This document shows positions 1-13,111 of a stretch of 64,000 nt of DNA, in pieces (position 1 is the stretch's first letter; each line of letters opens with the position of its first letter). The stretch is from Octopus vulgaris. Taxonomy: Eukaryota. Made by a program: the position numbers and the translations under genes. Below the pieces are notes generated by a model. That model made no database searches and had not been told where the DNA came from. It saw nothing but the letters and a program-made list of their open reading frames with translations. The stretch lies in contig OX597815.1 in NCBI GenBank assembly GCA_951406725.2, forward strand, positions 16,616,001 through 16,680,000, given 5' to 3'.

Positions 1-61
1 AGATAAATCCAAGGCTGTGAGGAGTTTTCAGACATTTATAAGGAAAGTGATATAGATATAG

Positions 62-107
62 TCTTACAGCTGTTTCTGTGATATTGTGGATATCCCTTCA
101 TCAGAGA
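62..107 (-). ncRNA. type I hammerhead ribozyme motif (Penelope-like element type)
   Basis: Minus strand reads TCT-CTGATGA-AGG GATAT ccaca ATATC ACA-GAAAC AGCT GTA-AGA. Canonical core, palindromic stem III (ACAGCTGT), GUA cleavage triplet, 3-bp stem I. Confidence 0.7.
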
Positions 108-372
108 TGATGTGAGATGGTTAAATAGAGGTAAATGTTTAAGTTCGAAATAAGGAATTATTGTGGAAAAGGAGGAGATAGAGAATATAGATGGAAATAA
201 GACAATGAAAGTAGAAATGAGCAACACCGAAGTCACGGCTCTATACTTAGAAATGACTAAACATGAACCACTATTGGAACTGCATGTCTTTTCCAATAGT
301 ATTAACCATGGTCATTTGTCGTTTTGTTTGTGGAATTTAGTCTTCTGAGATTAATCTTCACTCGTTGTTCCT

Positions 373-756
373 ATGTTTTTGTTGGCCTCTCTCTGTGCCA
401 GTTCCACTCATCTGGAATCCCCAGCATTTCGTTATGAAACTAATATCTTTTATAGGCATTATATCCCTACACTTGCGCAATCTTCTCTCTTGTATATTAC
501 ACCTGATCCCTTTTCAATTCAGTCTTCAATCAGTTCATTTGCATTCATATATAGAATATAGGGGATCATGTTTGCCACGTTTCTTTGCAGCCTTCCAAAA
601 CTTTCACATTCAAAGCCCATGTCTCACTACAATACAACATTGCATGAATTTGGACATGTACCTAATGTTCTGACTCGTGTTGTCAAGGAATCAATTCGAA
701 AGGATGGGATGCACTATCATGCTGTTTTAGAACTGAGAGATGGTACCGACCAGTAG
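373..756 (+). pseudogene. possible degenerate M3 (oligopeptidase A-like) metallopeptidase fragment
   Basis: Two same-frame ORFs separated by one TAG give YITPDPFS...FLCSLPKLSHSKPMSHYNTTLHEFGHVPNVLTRV...AVLEL. This resembles the M3 motif order YLDPYS...CNFxKP...TLFHEFGH...LTR...AVEL. Judged by eye only. Confidence 0.35.
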
Positions 757-3389
757 AAATAGTAATATAATCAAATGGTCCCAGACATATCAACGATCTA
801 GGAGCCCATTGACCTGAACGTAGCGATGGTAAATGCACTGATGGGATAGACTGGGACGCTCGTTTGTTTGGGAAATATCAGCCAAATCTCCTGGAAATGA
901 TACTCTACAGCGGATAATGAGACATGTGTGCACAGTGTTTGAATAAAAGATGGGATGTCCTTAACTTTGATCATAGGTTTGCTGGATCGAGTCTGACCCG
1001 GGATTAAACATTAACAATTACATAGAAGCACACGAATGGTTCAAAGAAATGATGAATAATACAGAAAGGATGCTTCCATATAGAACTGGTATGTAGATTA
1101 CCTCCCTTGAACATTTCGACCTAAAATTGATTCCTGCTTTTATTACGCCTTGAATAGATAGGTACAATAATTTCGCAATCGGTTCCACTATAAGTAGACT
1201 CTTACTTCTAACTCAGAATCTTACTGAAGGAACCTGCCAAGTTATGATGAATATTTCTATTGAAACGTTATATATCGTTCATTTGAACGTACGTTTTATT
1301 TCTTAAGACATTAGTATTGTATAAGATTTTATAGGCTAGATATATTTAGAATAGATTTATTGCTCTTTACTGTCATTATCTCTGTGATGCAAATGAATAA
1401 AACAAATGGCATACAGTAAAATTTACATTTATTTTGAGATACTTTAATCTCTCCCAGACAGGTATTCTATAACAGCATAAAGACTCCCCCATTTACAATC
1501 AAGGGGCATTAACTCAAATGAAAACTGAAGAGAGGAGCATGCGTATGTTTTGTATATCGATTTCCCGCCTTAATGAAAATAAAGTATCGGAGAGAAATAA
1601 AATACCCCATTGCTTTTATTTAGGCCAAGTTAATACCATATTTTAACGTTTTCGGTTAGAATACTGACGAGATTATTTTTGCTTGTTACCCATTGAAGTA
1701 AATCCATGAAGTAAATATTCAATTTCGACCCTGATCGAGCAGACCTATGCCTAAAAGCGTTCTAACCATGACCTGTGCTTTTAAAAAAAAAAACTGTTAT
1801 TCAATGTATCCTTTTATTTAAGATTGCAAAGTGTACTTTGAAGAAAATTTGGCTGCTATTTCTTGCAAGTCTAATGACCACATACAGGCGGCACCATTGA
1901 CTCGCTTATAAGGTATAATCGATCGATTATAACAATGTGTTTATCGAAGGTTTGGGGACCCATGGCCCTCTTTTAAACCGCAATACTTCCGCCCTTTAAT
2001 GACGGAAATAACGAAAATCCCGAATTTTACAGTCCGAATCGGCTCTTTTGTGCACGCTTGTAAGTGGATGTAGTGGCATGCTATAAAATTTTAGTACAAT
2101 TTATGATAGGTGTTATTGGTTATGGTTTGTATTAGGAGTTTGGTTTCGTATTTGGCTTTAGGGATTATGATTACTGCCTAGGTTAAGACCTAAAGTTAAT
2201 GTACTCCAGTTGAGAGAATGAAAAACAACACTTCTCATTTTCAGTGTCAACCGGCAACGAATATTCATTGTCTTGTATTATGGTTGGTTTCTTCCTACGG
2301 GGAATACTTTAGAAGTATGTTGAATATAACTGAAGATTCATTTAAAAAAAAAGATGGCATAGTCATGGTTGGATTATCCTTGTTGTTACTAATTAAAAAA
2401 TAAAAAAAACTCAAAACTGATTCCTTAAAAAAAAAAACGGAATGGTCACGGTTGGAAAATTATAATCATGTGTGCATGTGCATAGCACAGTGCGTATGTA
2501 ATAACCGAAATAAATTGGAATGTAGTACTTGTTTTGAAAGTTTTATGTTTCGGATAAGGTGTCCCTTATGATAGAAGATTGTTATAAAAACTAAAATATT
2601 TACCATTGAAATTAGTAGGTCATGTGTTTAAACCAATAAATCTTATTTGAAATTAGGGTGACAGATGTCTGTGAAATATCGATATGGGGCCTGCAACTTT
2701 TGTGCGGGTAAAAAACGACAAGTGAGAACATTTGCCCTGCCTAGCTGATAATATACCCCTTCCTTTTTGCCAAATTTTAGAGTGGTAGTAGTTTGTGAGA
2801 CAGCCTTGAAACAAATCATAAATCGATAGTCAAATCAAATTAGAAACAATTTTATTTTCTTTAGACGCCATGCTGGAGCCAACCTATTTTTTTGGGGGTT
2901 CATTTTAATTATTTTGTATTTTGCCGTATTTTTATTGATTCCCCACCTTTTTTTTTGGTCGTTGCTAACTTTGAGAGTATGTATCAGATCATTAAAAAAA
3001 TTTTGTTTATCTTTAAGGAAATAGGAAGTGATCATACAGAGTTCTGATCGAACTTACACCATTTCACCGGTTGTATAACTTTTAAAACTTTTTTGGTATT
3101 TTCAGAAAACTTTTTTTCGAATTTGTGTTCTACAAACTCTATTTCGTACGATTAAACAATAACTTTTTCTGAAAATACTGAAAAACCGAAAAAATTATGG
3201 CTGGTGAGATGGTGTTCCGATCAGAACTGCACCATAGGGATTTGGCTGCTATTTCTAGTAGGTTGAGACTGTCGTGAGGTAAATAACAAACAGTAAACCG
3301 TCGGCACGGCATTCAGAAGCGGGCTTTATGTTATTACTTGCATCAAGTTCAAATATGTTTGTTTTTCGGTTATTTTGTTTCATATATAT

Positions 3390-4110
3390 AGGCGCAGGAG
3401 TGGCTGTGTGGTAAGTAGCTTGCTAACCAACCACATGGTTCCGGGTTCAGTCCCACTGCGTGGCATCTTGGGCAAGTGTCTTCTGCTATAGCCTCGGGCC
3501 GACCAAAGCCTTGTGAGTGGATTTGGTAGATGGAAACTGAAAGAAGCCCGTCGTATATATGTATATATGAGTGGCTGTGTGGTAAGTAGCTTCCTAACCA
3601 ACCACATGGTTCCGGGTTCAGTCCCACTGCGTGGCATCTTGGGCAAGTGTCTTCTGCTATAGCCTCGGGCCGACCAAAGCCTTGTGAGTGGATTTGGTAG
3701 ACGGAAACTGAAAGAAGCCTGTCGTATATATGTATATATATATGTGTATGTGTTTGTTTGTCTGTTTTTGTCCCCCTAGCATTGCTTGACAACCGATGGT
3801 GTGTTTACGTCCCCGTAACTTAGCGGTTCGGCAAAAGAGATCGATAGAATAAGTACTGGGCTTACAAAGCCCATCGTATATATGAATATATGTGTGTTTG
3901 TGTGTCTGTGTTTGTCCCCCCAACATCGCTTGACAACCGATGCTGGTGTGTTTACATCCCCGTAACTTAGTGGTTCAGCAAAAAAGACCGATAGAATAAG
4001 TACTGGGCTTACAAAGAATAAGTCCCGGAGTCGATTTGCTCAACTAAAGGCGGTGCTCCAGCATGGCCGCAGTCAAATGACTGAAACAAGTAAAAGAGTA
4101 AAGAGTAAAG
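3390..4110 (+). mobile_element. tRNA-derived SINE family A, with duplicated head and body
   Basis: A box TGGCTGTGTGG, B box GGTTCAGTCCC, CORE-like CTTGGGCAAGT, internal (TA)n(TG)n, tail ...GAAACAAGTAAAAGAG. Many copies in the window. Confidence 0.85.
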
Positions 4111-4647
4111 AGAGTATATCTAATGCGAAATGAAACGAAACAAGAATTAAAAAAACAAAAAACACATGGCCTAGTGATTAGGGTGTTGGGATGGCGATCA
4201 TACGCTCGTGGGTTCAATTCCAGGACCTGGTGGTGCATCATGTCTTTGAGTGAGATATTTCATTTCGGTGATCCTTCGGTGTAGGTACCGTAAGTGGCTT
4301 TGTTTACATTTCTGAAGATAACAGAAACCCTTTTCTCCCACCCCTAACCCTAACACAAACCCTAACCCCCCATATATTGCTAGCTGAAAATGTGTACCAG
4401 TTGAGTTCTGATGCAGTTCATCCTTCCACCAGGTATCACATACTCAATGGATGAAGGATGGTTTGTCTGCTCGCGACCACATAGGCACTCAAAAAAGAAA
4501 GCATGATAAATGCTACTAGTTCAATCCCGCTTGCAAGTGATGGCTGTGGGTTTTCTCATATCCTTCTGTACAAAATATACTTCATTGATTTAGTTTCATT
4601 TAGTAATTTTGTGTAATCTCCTTTTATTTATTTATTTATACATATGT

Positions 4648-4860
4648 GTAGGAGTGGCTGTGTGGTAAGTAGCTTGCTTACCAACCACATGGTTCCGGGT
4701 ACAGTCCCACTGCGTGGCACATGGTTCTGGGTTCAGTCCCACTGCGTGGCACCTTGGGCAAGTGTCTTCTACTATAGCCTCGGGCCGACCAAAGCCTTGT
4801 GAGTGGATTTGTTAGACGGAAACTGAAAGAAGCCTGTCGTATATATATATATATATACAT
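4648..4860 (+). mobile_element. SINE family A 5' fragment
   Basis: Same head as the 3390 copy, with a short internal duplication. Confidence 0.8.
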
Positions 4861-4922
4861 GATTTTACTTCATGAATGCTTTTTAGCAAATGCCATCTGG
4901 TGCATGAGAGAGTTAGATGCAG

Positions 4923-5011
4923 CTGCCCTCATCTGCACCTCCTGCCCTCATCTGCACCTCCTGCCCTCATCTGCACCTCCTGCCCTCATCTGCACCTCCT
5001 GCCCTCATCTG
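4923..5011. repeat. 19-bp minisatellite, about 4.5 copies
   Basis: Tandem (CTGCCCTCATCTGCACCTC)n. Confidence 0.9.
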
Positions 5012-5040
5012 GGACACCTAACAAGAAGAGATCCAGTTTC

Positions 5041-5073
<33 letters not shown>

Positions 5074-5271
5074 ATGTGTGTGTGTGTGTATGTGTGTGCG
5101 TCAAATGACTGAAACAAGTAAAAGTGTAAAGAGTACCTGTTACGTTAATTAAATATATACACACGTATGTATATTTACAATTATACTCTAATATATGTTT
5201 TTAGTCATGTCAAAAAGACCAATGGACAGATGAGAATTGATGTGGAGTAAAATGAAAATCAGCAGAAATAT

Positions 5272-5704
5272 AGGTGCAGGAGTGGCTGTGTGGTAAGTAG
5301 CTTGCTTACCAACCACATGGTTCCGGGTTCAGTCCCACTGCCTGGCATCTTGGGCAAGTGTCTTCTAGTATAGCCTTGGGCCGACCAAAGTCTTGTGAGT
5401 GGATTTGGTAGACGGAAACTGAAAGAAGCCCGTCGGATATATGTATATATCTCTATATATAATATATATATATATATGTATGTGTGTGTATATGTTTGTG
5501 TGTCTGTGTTTGTCCCCCCACCATCGTTTGACAACCGATGCTGGTGTGTTTACATCCCCGTAACTTAGCGGTTCGGCAAAAGAGTCCAATAGAATAAGTA
5601 CTAGGCTTCCAAAGAATAAGTCCTGGGGTCGATTTGCTCGACTAAAATCGGTGCCCCAGCATGGCCGCAGTCAAATGACTGAAACAAGTAAAAGAGTAAA
5701 AGAG
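5272..5704 (+). mobile_element. SINE family A, full length
   Basis: Head, internal microsatellite and tail as in the 3390 copy. Confidence 0.85.
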
Positions 5705-6586
5705 AAATCTTAATTGTTCCCTCAAATATCCTTAAATAAGTAGGCTGTATTAGGGTGCCCGATTCTTTTGTGGCCACTTAAAAAACTGTGATAGCCACAG
5801 CTTTACAAAGTAAAAAAGCATGTTATATATAATTAAGGATTGCAATTCATCACTGCTGTAGCATATTAAGTGTTTTGTAGTCCATCCCTCCATCTTCTCT
5901 ACCCACTATACGTGGAGGTAGAATCCTCAGGTACCTCTTCCATAAGATCCTGTCAGAAGCTGTCATTATTACACTTTCCAGCTGGATTCCCAAGTGTGAC
6001 CAAACTAAGACTGTGGATATAATCCAACCATCTCGTTCTTGATCTACCCACTAGGTCTCCTGCTCATTGGCGCAGCTTGAAGAATCTGTCTTACAATTCT
6101 CTCCTGTGATATTCTCATCATACACATGTCTATAATACACAGAGCTATGACCTCAGTAGTACCGAAGAAGTAGTGGCTTGACCTGGACAGACTCTCCAAG
6201 CTACACACCTTGCTGAGTATCATTACTCAACAAACCCTTTAGAGCAACCCCGTTTTGGCTGCTTGTATTTGTGATTACACTTCAGACTACTGTTGTAATA
6301 TTGTATTTTATGAAAATGAATTTCAAATTCTTTAAAATTTGTTTCATCTTCATGTCTTGCATCAGACCTTAGGCAGAACGTTTTTTCTCTTGGAGTGATT
6401 GTTAATCCAAAACCTAACATTAATCTTCAAAAAGGGTTTTATTATCCCTAAAAATAGATTTATTGATCTGCTGGGCAAACTCATTCCTCTGCGATCATTG
6501 TGCAACTAATAATTTTTCTACTTACTCAGTCAGTTCATCCTTCATCATTGTCATCATTACCCATGGTAAAAAAGGATGTTAAAATG

Positions 6587-6627
<41 letters not shown>

Positions 6628-6631
<4 letters not shown>

Positions 6632-8970
6632 CGACCTGGAGAAATCTTTCGACAGAGTTCCTCGCTCTGTTATATGGTGGTCTCTAAGGAAGTTAGGAGT
6701 AGAGGAGTGGCTTGTTAGAGCTGTCCAAGTCCTTACTGACAGTGGTGCTGTCAGTAAGGTGAGGGTTGGCTATGAATACAGTGATGAATTTAGTATTCAG
6801 GTAGGGGTTCACCAGACTCAGTTCTCAGCCCACTCTTATTCATTATAATCTTCCAGGCCATAAAAAAAATTCAAAACTGGGTGCCCGTGGGAACTACTAT
6901 ATGCTGATAACCTTGCTCTTGTTGCAGAATCTTTAGCAGAATTGGAAAAGCAATTCCAGATGTAGAAAGAAAAAATCTGGAATCAAAGGGCCTTAAAGTT
7001 GACTTAGCTAAGACAGTAAGAAAGAAGATAAAACTTTCTTTCCGTCAGGTAAATAGCCCTGCTCCATATGTAGGAAAGGAGTTGGAAGAAATTCCATTCA
7101 CTGCACCCTGTGTAAACTATGGACACATAAGAGATGCAGTGGTATCACAGGTAGATTAACAGATAAAGTTGTCTTGGTATGTGGAGAGATGTGCAGGAAC
7201 AGTAAGCACTAAGCACACACAGGACTTAGATTCTCTCAAATGCCCAGGAGGTTCTCTTGAGGTTGTAGATAATTTCTGTTACCTAGGTGACCAAATTGCC
7301 AATGGTGGAGGATGCTCTGAAAGTATTGTTTCTAGAATAAGAATTGGATGGAAAAAGTTCAGAAAGCTATTACCTCTGTTGGCAACAAAAGGCCTCTCTC
7401 TCAGAATGAAAGGTAGACTATATGATGCTTGTGTATGAATGGCTATACTCCATGGTAGTGAAACATGGGCTCTGAATGGTGAAGACCTGCATAGACTGGA
7501 GAGAAATGAAGGTAGTATGCTCTGTTGGATGTGCAACATCAGTGCACATGTACGACAAAATGCAAAATGCATTGAGAGAAAAGTTGGGCATAAGAGGAAT
7601 CAAATGTAGCATGCAAGGGAGAAGACTATGTTGGTTTTGGACATGTGATGCATATGAATGAGGACAGCTGCATAAAGAGGTGTCACTCACTGAAAGTAGA
7701 TGGTACCTATGGAAGAGAGAGACTCAGAAAGACATGGGGTGAAGTGGTAGGACCGATTTCGGGAAGTTGGATCTCATGGAGGAAATGACCATGGAGCGAG
7801 ATGTCTGGGGATATGATGTTCTTGAGAAGATCTGCCCACATCAGTGAAAATGAGTCCTAGAAGCACTGTGTAGAAAACCTCTCACACCCTCTACCACAAC
7901 AAACCAAACTATGTTCCTTCTCTACATCCCTTCTCTTCCTCACATTTCCGCTTCATGTACTATGATTACTTCCCACTCCCCAATCTTGTCCTCCTGGGCC
8001 AGTGCCACTGTATCATTGCTCTCTGCTTGCCTTTGACCTGTACGTTCTATCCACATGCCTTGTCTCACCCTATAATTGCCATCTGGTAGCCTCCGACCTG
8101 GGTGTTCCACCCACATGTAACAAGAAAACTTCTCCCTCACTCTACCCCAACAAACCAATGTACATCTCTTCTCTTTCTTGCATTTCCTCCTTCATTCACT
8201 ATACCTAGCTCTCATTCCCTAATCCTGTCCTCACACCCCTGTTCCACTATATCATTGCTATCTGGTACCCCTCCAACTCTATATGTATACCCAGGTCTTT
8301 TGCCATTTACTCGCACTCTTTAATTGCACTCTCTTCACAATATCTTGTCACTTATATTATGGCATTTGAACCTCAAGGGTATGCCCTGGTACTTGCCACT
8401 ATCTATATCTATCTCGTCCTTTACTCAACCATCTCATTTATACTCTGATCCCCATTCCTTGTGAGTATGCCTGGCATTTTGCCACCATCTCCATCCTGTG
8501 GTCTCTCACTCTCTCTCTCTCCTGCATCTTTCTCAGGTTGAGCAACTGTGTATTTTCTTTGTGGTAGCACACCTGTTTCTGTCTTCATTCCTGATCTTTC
8601 TCTGGCCAGGTAACTTTGTACTTCCTCTACAGCAAGATACCTATATCTGTCTCTCTATAACCTTTTCATCATCACCTCCTCCCCTCTTAAAAGTTTTTGT
8701 CTTGCAAGCACTTGGTTACCCTGTCAGTGCAGGTGCCACTTAAAAGCACCCAATCTACACTGTAAAGTGATTGGTGTTTGGAAGGGCATCAGGCTATAAA
8801 AACCTTGCCAAAACTGCCCTTGCCTGTGCTTGTTCCACATAAAAACACTAGTTACCTTGCCTGTGCTTGTGCCACATAAAAAGCACTAAGTCCACTTTAC
8901 TGAGTGGTTGGTGTTAGGAAGGGAGTCCAGCTGTAAAAAGCCTGCCAAAACAGTCACAGAAATCTGGTGA
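6628..8970 (+). mobile_element. 5'-truncated, decayed RTE-clade LINE (RT C-terminus and 3' UTR)
   Basis: FVDLEKSFDRVP, LLYADNL, a CSICRKGVGRNSIHC zinc-finger-like segment, FCYLGD and LHGSETW motifs, with stops and frameshifts. Pyrimidine-rich 3' UTR ends in the shared AAGGGCATC tail motif. Confidence 0.85.
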
Positions 8971-8999
8971 CTAACACCACTCACCACCTCTGAGTCCTG

Positions 9000-10246
9000 A
9001 GTCCTCTTTAGTCTTTGATCTAGTCTTTCGCTTTCCATTTTCCCCTTCGCTGAGTGACAACACTCTCTCCTCCATGTACACGTAACCCTTTTCACCGAGG
9101 GAGAGGTCTTGTAAATTTTGCGGTGTCTGTTCTTTCTTCTTTTTTTTTCCTGTGGGTAGAGGAGGGGTGGATGAGTTTGGTGTCTGTATGGGGAGGGTGG
9201 GTCTGAGTGGTCTTGGGTGGGATGGAGAACTGACTGTTCTTCCTCTTCTTTCTCTTTTTCTATTTATTCTCTGTCAATGTCCATTCATCCTCCTTGTTCC
9301 TTCCATCTATCTGTACTTCTTCCTTTTTCTTTTCCGTCTCCAGCACCACTTCTTCTGTCGTTTTCCTCTGTAGAGGGCAGTGAGCTCTAATGTGACCTTT
9401 CTGGCCACATTTAAAGCATCACGGAACTCTGCCCTCTACCCATACTCTCAATACTATTTCTCCCAACGTCACTGTCTCCACCAAATTTTCCAGTTGCTTC
9501 ATCTCCGCTTGAATGATGGTTTCCAATGGTTTTTCTTTATATCTTCCTTCCTCCGTCTCTGTGGCTTGGAGGACAGCCACCTCTTCCTCACTACCAACGA
9601 GGACGGCTGCTGCAACCCAAGCCACTTCTATATCAGGTGGGATTCCTTCTACCCTCACCTTAGAAGTCTTTCTTCCAAGGTACGTGGGTAGAAGTACCAC
9701 TTCCTCTGTTCTCACTGTTGTACTTGCCAGCCTCTTTACCTCCTCCGCTGTCCTAACCTGGACAATCACCGTCCCATATCCATTTCCTTTCGCTATATAT
9801 GTCACTTCCTTCGAAAGCCCTTATCTTTTCCTTCAGATCTTTTTTTACTTTTTCCATCTCCATCCGCTCCACCTTCCTACTCTCCACTGAGTACACCTTG
9901 TAGTTAATCGTCTTCTTTTCCATATTTACCATAACCCTTTTTGGGGGTAATAACTTTATGTCACCACCCACCTTCTGTGTTATCTTGCACGGCTCCTTCA
10001 GTCTGGCTAGATCCACTTCCCTTTTCTTCACCTCTGTAGCCTCAGCAAAACTCTTTACTCTTTCCAAATGCTTGTCCATTCTATTTACCGCCTTAACGAG
10101 CTCCTCCTCTGCTGAGTTCAGTTCATACTCGCTAAGGCTTGAATACATTTCTTACCACTGGTACAACACTCACCGACAAACCACTGCCAAGCACCTCAAA
10201 AAATTCCGTCCGTCTTGTCTAAAATCAACACAGCAAATAGACTGAC
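9000..10246 (-). mobile_element. L1/Tx1-clade LINE 5' end with ORF1 remnant (RRM-like and CCHC knuckle)
   Basis: ORFs 9753-10148 and 9419-9805 (SKVRVEGIPPDI...LRVWVEGRVP) continue after a stop as CFKCGQKGHIRAHCP (9375-9418). Confidence 0.75.
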
Positions 10247-10294
10247 GCATGGATGGGAAGCAAGCTTCTTACCTCGCAGCTACGTCTGTACCTG

Positions 10295-10345
<51 letters not shown>

Positions 10346-10354
10346 TAATAATAT

Positions 10355-10710
10355 GAAAGGGAAATGGCAATTAATTAAAATTTACATTTTCAGTGGTCTA
10401 ACATGTAAAAAATTTAGTCAAGAAGACTATATATTAGTCATACGATATAGTGTATATTTAAACACATAAGGAATCCACCTATAGGGATTCAACATGCTAG
10501 AAAGAACAGCTAGGTTCTATAACCACAAAAATTAGGGATAAAATTCGACAGGAACGAATTGAAAAATGAAAAACATTTTACCATTTAGTTTCCTGGACCA
10601 ATTGGTTTCTAATTTTAGTTTAGCGAGTCAAGAAACTCGCTAGGTGCAATCTTCTTCAGCAGGACCACCTAAGGTTAAACATATACACACGGGACGATCA
10701 AAACTACTTA
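10355..10710 (-). mobile_element. Penelope-like terminal-repeat fragment carrying a hammerhead, inserted in microsatellite
   Basis: Flanked by (TA)n/(CA)n and contains the 10591-10664 hammerhead. Second partial copy at about 14025-14380. Confidence 0.55.
10591..10664 (-). ncRNA. type I hammerhead ribozyme motif with long stem II
   Basis: Minus strand reads TCCTG-CTGAAGA-A GATT gcacc TAGCGAGT ttcttg ACTCGCTA aactaa AATT A-GAAAC CAATTG GTC-CAGGA. Canonical core, 5-bp stem I, palindromic stem III (ACCAATTGGT), GUC site. Confidence 0.8.
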
Positions 10711-10734
10711 CACACACACACATATATATATATA

Positions 10735-11780
10735 TCATCATCATCATCGTTTAACCATTTTCCATGCTAGCATGGGTTGGACGGTTCAACTGGGGTTTGG
10801 GAAGCCAGGAGGCTGCACCAGGCTCCAGTATGATCTGGCATTGTTTCTACGGCTGGATGCCCTTCCTAACGCCAACCACTCCATGAGTGTAGAGGGTGCT
10901 TTTTGTGTGCTACTGGCACAGGGGACAGAGGAGGCTGGCAAACAGCCACAATCAGTTGGTGCTTTTTACATGTTACTGACATGGACGCCAGTCAGGCGGC
11001 GCTGGCATCAGCCATATATATAAGATATGTAATAGAAAGAGAGAAGAGTAATGGTACTGGCATGTAATGATATATGGAGGATGTCAATTGTATGAAGAAG
11101 CATTGAAGGTTCTGAGTGGATGGAACCTTTGGGAGATGAATGCAAGTCAGAGATGGGATGAAGTTGTGAAGATTGACCGCAGGAGACTGAGCTTCTCAAA
11201 GGGAATGAAAATTGTCTGCAACTTGTGGCAGGCATGAAATAAAGATGGTTGTAAAAAGGATGGTAGTGATAAGTGATGGAAATTAAGAATTTTAAAATCT
11301 GCATTTGGGTCTCTCTTGATCATTATCATCATCATCATCGTTTAACGTCCGCTTTCCAAGCTAGCATGGGTTGGACGATTTGACTGAGGTCTGGCGAACC
11401 AGACTCCAATCTGATCTGGCAGAGTTTCTGCAGCTGGATGCCCTTCCTAACGCCAACCACTCCGAGAGTGTAGTGGGTGCTTTTACGTGTCACCGGCAAG
11501 AGGGCCAGTTTGGTGGTACTGGCAACGGCCACGCTCAAATGGTTTTTATGTGCCACCTGCACAGGAGCCAGTCCAGCAGCACTGGCAACGACCTCGCTCG
11601 AATGTTTTTTTAACGTGCCACCAGCACAAGTGCTAGTAAGGCGACACAGGTAACGATCACACTTGAATGGTGTGTTTGTGCCATCGGCACGGAGACCAGC
11701 TTGTTGCTCTGGCAACGATCTCACTCGTCTGGTACTCTTAGCGCTCCACTAGCATCGGAAGCCAGTCACCGAATTTACTT
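10735..11780 (-). mobile_element. two RTE 3'-tail fragments ending in (GAT)n
   Basis: (CAT)n-CGTTTAAC...CATGCTAGCATGGGTTGGAC...GCTGGATGCCCTTCCTAACGCCAACCAC at about 10735-11010 and 11320-11780. Same tail as the RT-bearing copies. Confidence 0.8.
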
Positions 11781-13111
11781 CGATTTCAAGGTCCATACAT
11801 CACTCACCTCTTTGATGTTCTCTTCTCTGTCACTCATGCCTTTTCATATGTGCTTCTCTACTACCATGGTAACTCTCTCCCATTATGGCACATGTGTATC
11901 AAGTGATTGTCTCGCACTGGATCTCTCTGTATTCAACCCTCATCTTACTATCACTATTCTTTACTGCTAGCCACCACTCTCTTTCATTATTCCTTCTCCT
12001 TGTCACTCATTATTGACATTCATCATTCCTAGTCTCTTGCCACCATCCATCTTTGTTGTTATCTGTCATTCTTTTTAACACTACTCCATCCTCTATTACA
12101 CAATTCTGACATCCATCACTCACTCTCTACTACTCTCTCATTTCCAATACATCTTTAATCACTCTATTGTTCCTGCCATATCATTCATATTGTTTTTATT
12201 CAGTTTCATTACCAACTATCCTAATATAGCTGTCTATCACTTACTCTCTTTATTCTCTCCTCTATTGCCTTGCTCCCATCTCTCTAGTTCTCTTCCATTA
12301 TTCTCTCTGCTATCACTTTCTTACACTGGTCCTTTTACATAACTCTATCTTCTATCACTATTTCTGTCTTACCTCTATTCACAGTCCACCAACTCCTTCA
12401 TTTTCTCTACCATAACTCTTTCCTATTACCCTCTTGCTTTTATAATTCCGGCTCTTCTCATCCGTTAATCTTCTATCACCCTTCTTACTCTGGGCCTCTT
12501 CCCACCCAGTAGTGTCTGAAAGAAAGGAATGAATATATGGAGGAAATACAGCCTTCTTGTGCAGGTAAGCAAAGGAACAAAGACTACCTCTTTAGTCTTG
12601 CCACGAGCATGGCATTATCTTCAGTGTTGGTATCACAATAAAATACATCTAGAACACTCTCTAATGAGGTTGGTGATAAGATCATCCAGCCATAGAAACA
12701 ATGCCAAAAATGGAATGTATGAGTGAGACAGGGTTGCTGACTAGAAATGCAGTAACTTCAAATAAAGATTAACTTGAACCAGGATAACCCATCCAACCCA
12801 TGACAGCATGGAAAAGTGTATGCAGATTGTTGTTGGTGATGATGCTTTAGATGATAAGGAGGAGGAATGATACATATTCATGTCTGTGTATCTATACATA
12901 TATAGACACAATCATTGGTATACTAACATGAAGTCAGAATGTATTGAAAGCAGATTATTGACAGGGACACAAACAAATTGCTATTCTCTTGTTTCAGTTT
13001 TTGTAGTGAGGTAATACATAGTAGTAAACTCTTGTAATATGAAGGTTTTGACAAGGGCAATAGTTATGTATAGCAGCTAAATCTTATATAAGGAGTGCTG
13101 TTGATATCTAT

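Noticed and set aside
1241-1275. ATGATGA...GAAACGTT hammerhead-like string
   Set aside because: C3 is missing and there is no stem I.
3390-3465. tRNA gene candidates at SINE heads
   Set aside because: A and B boxes are present, but they continue into SINE bodies with no acceptor stem or terminator.
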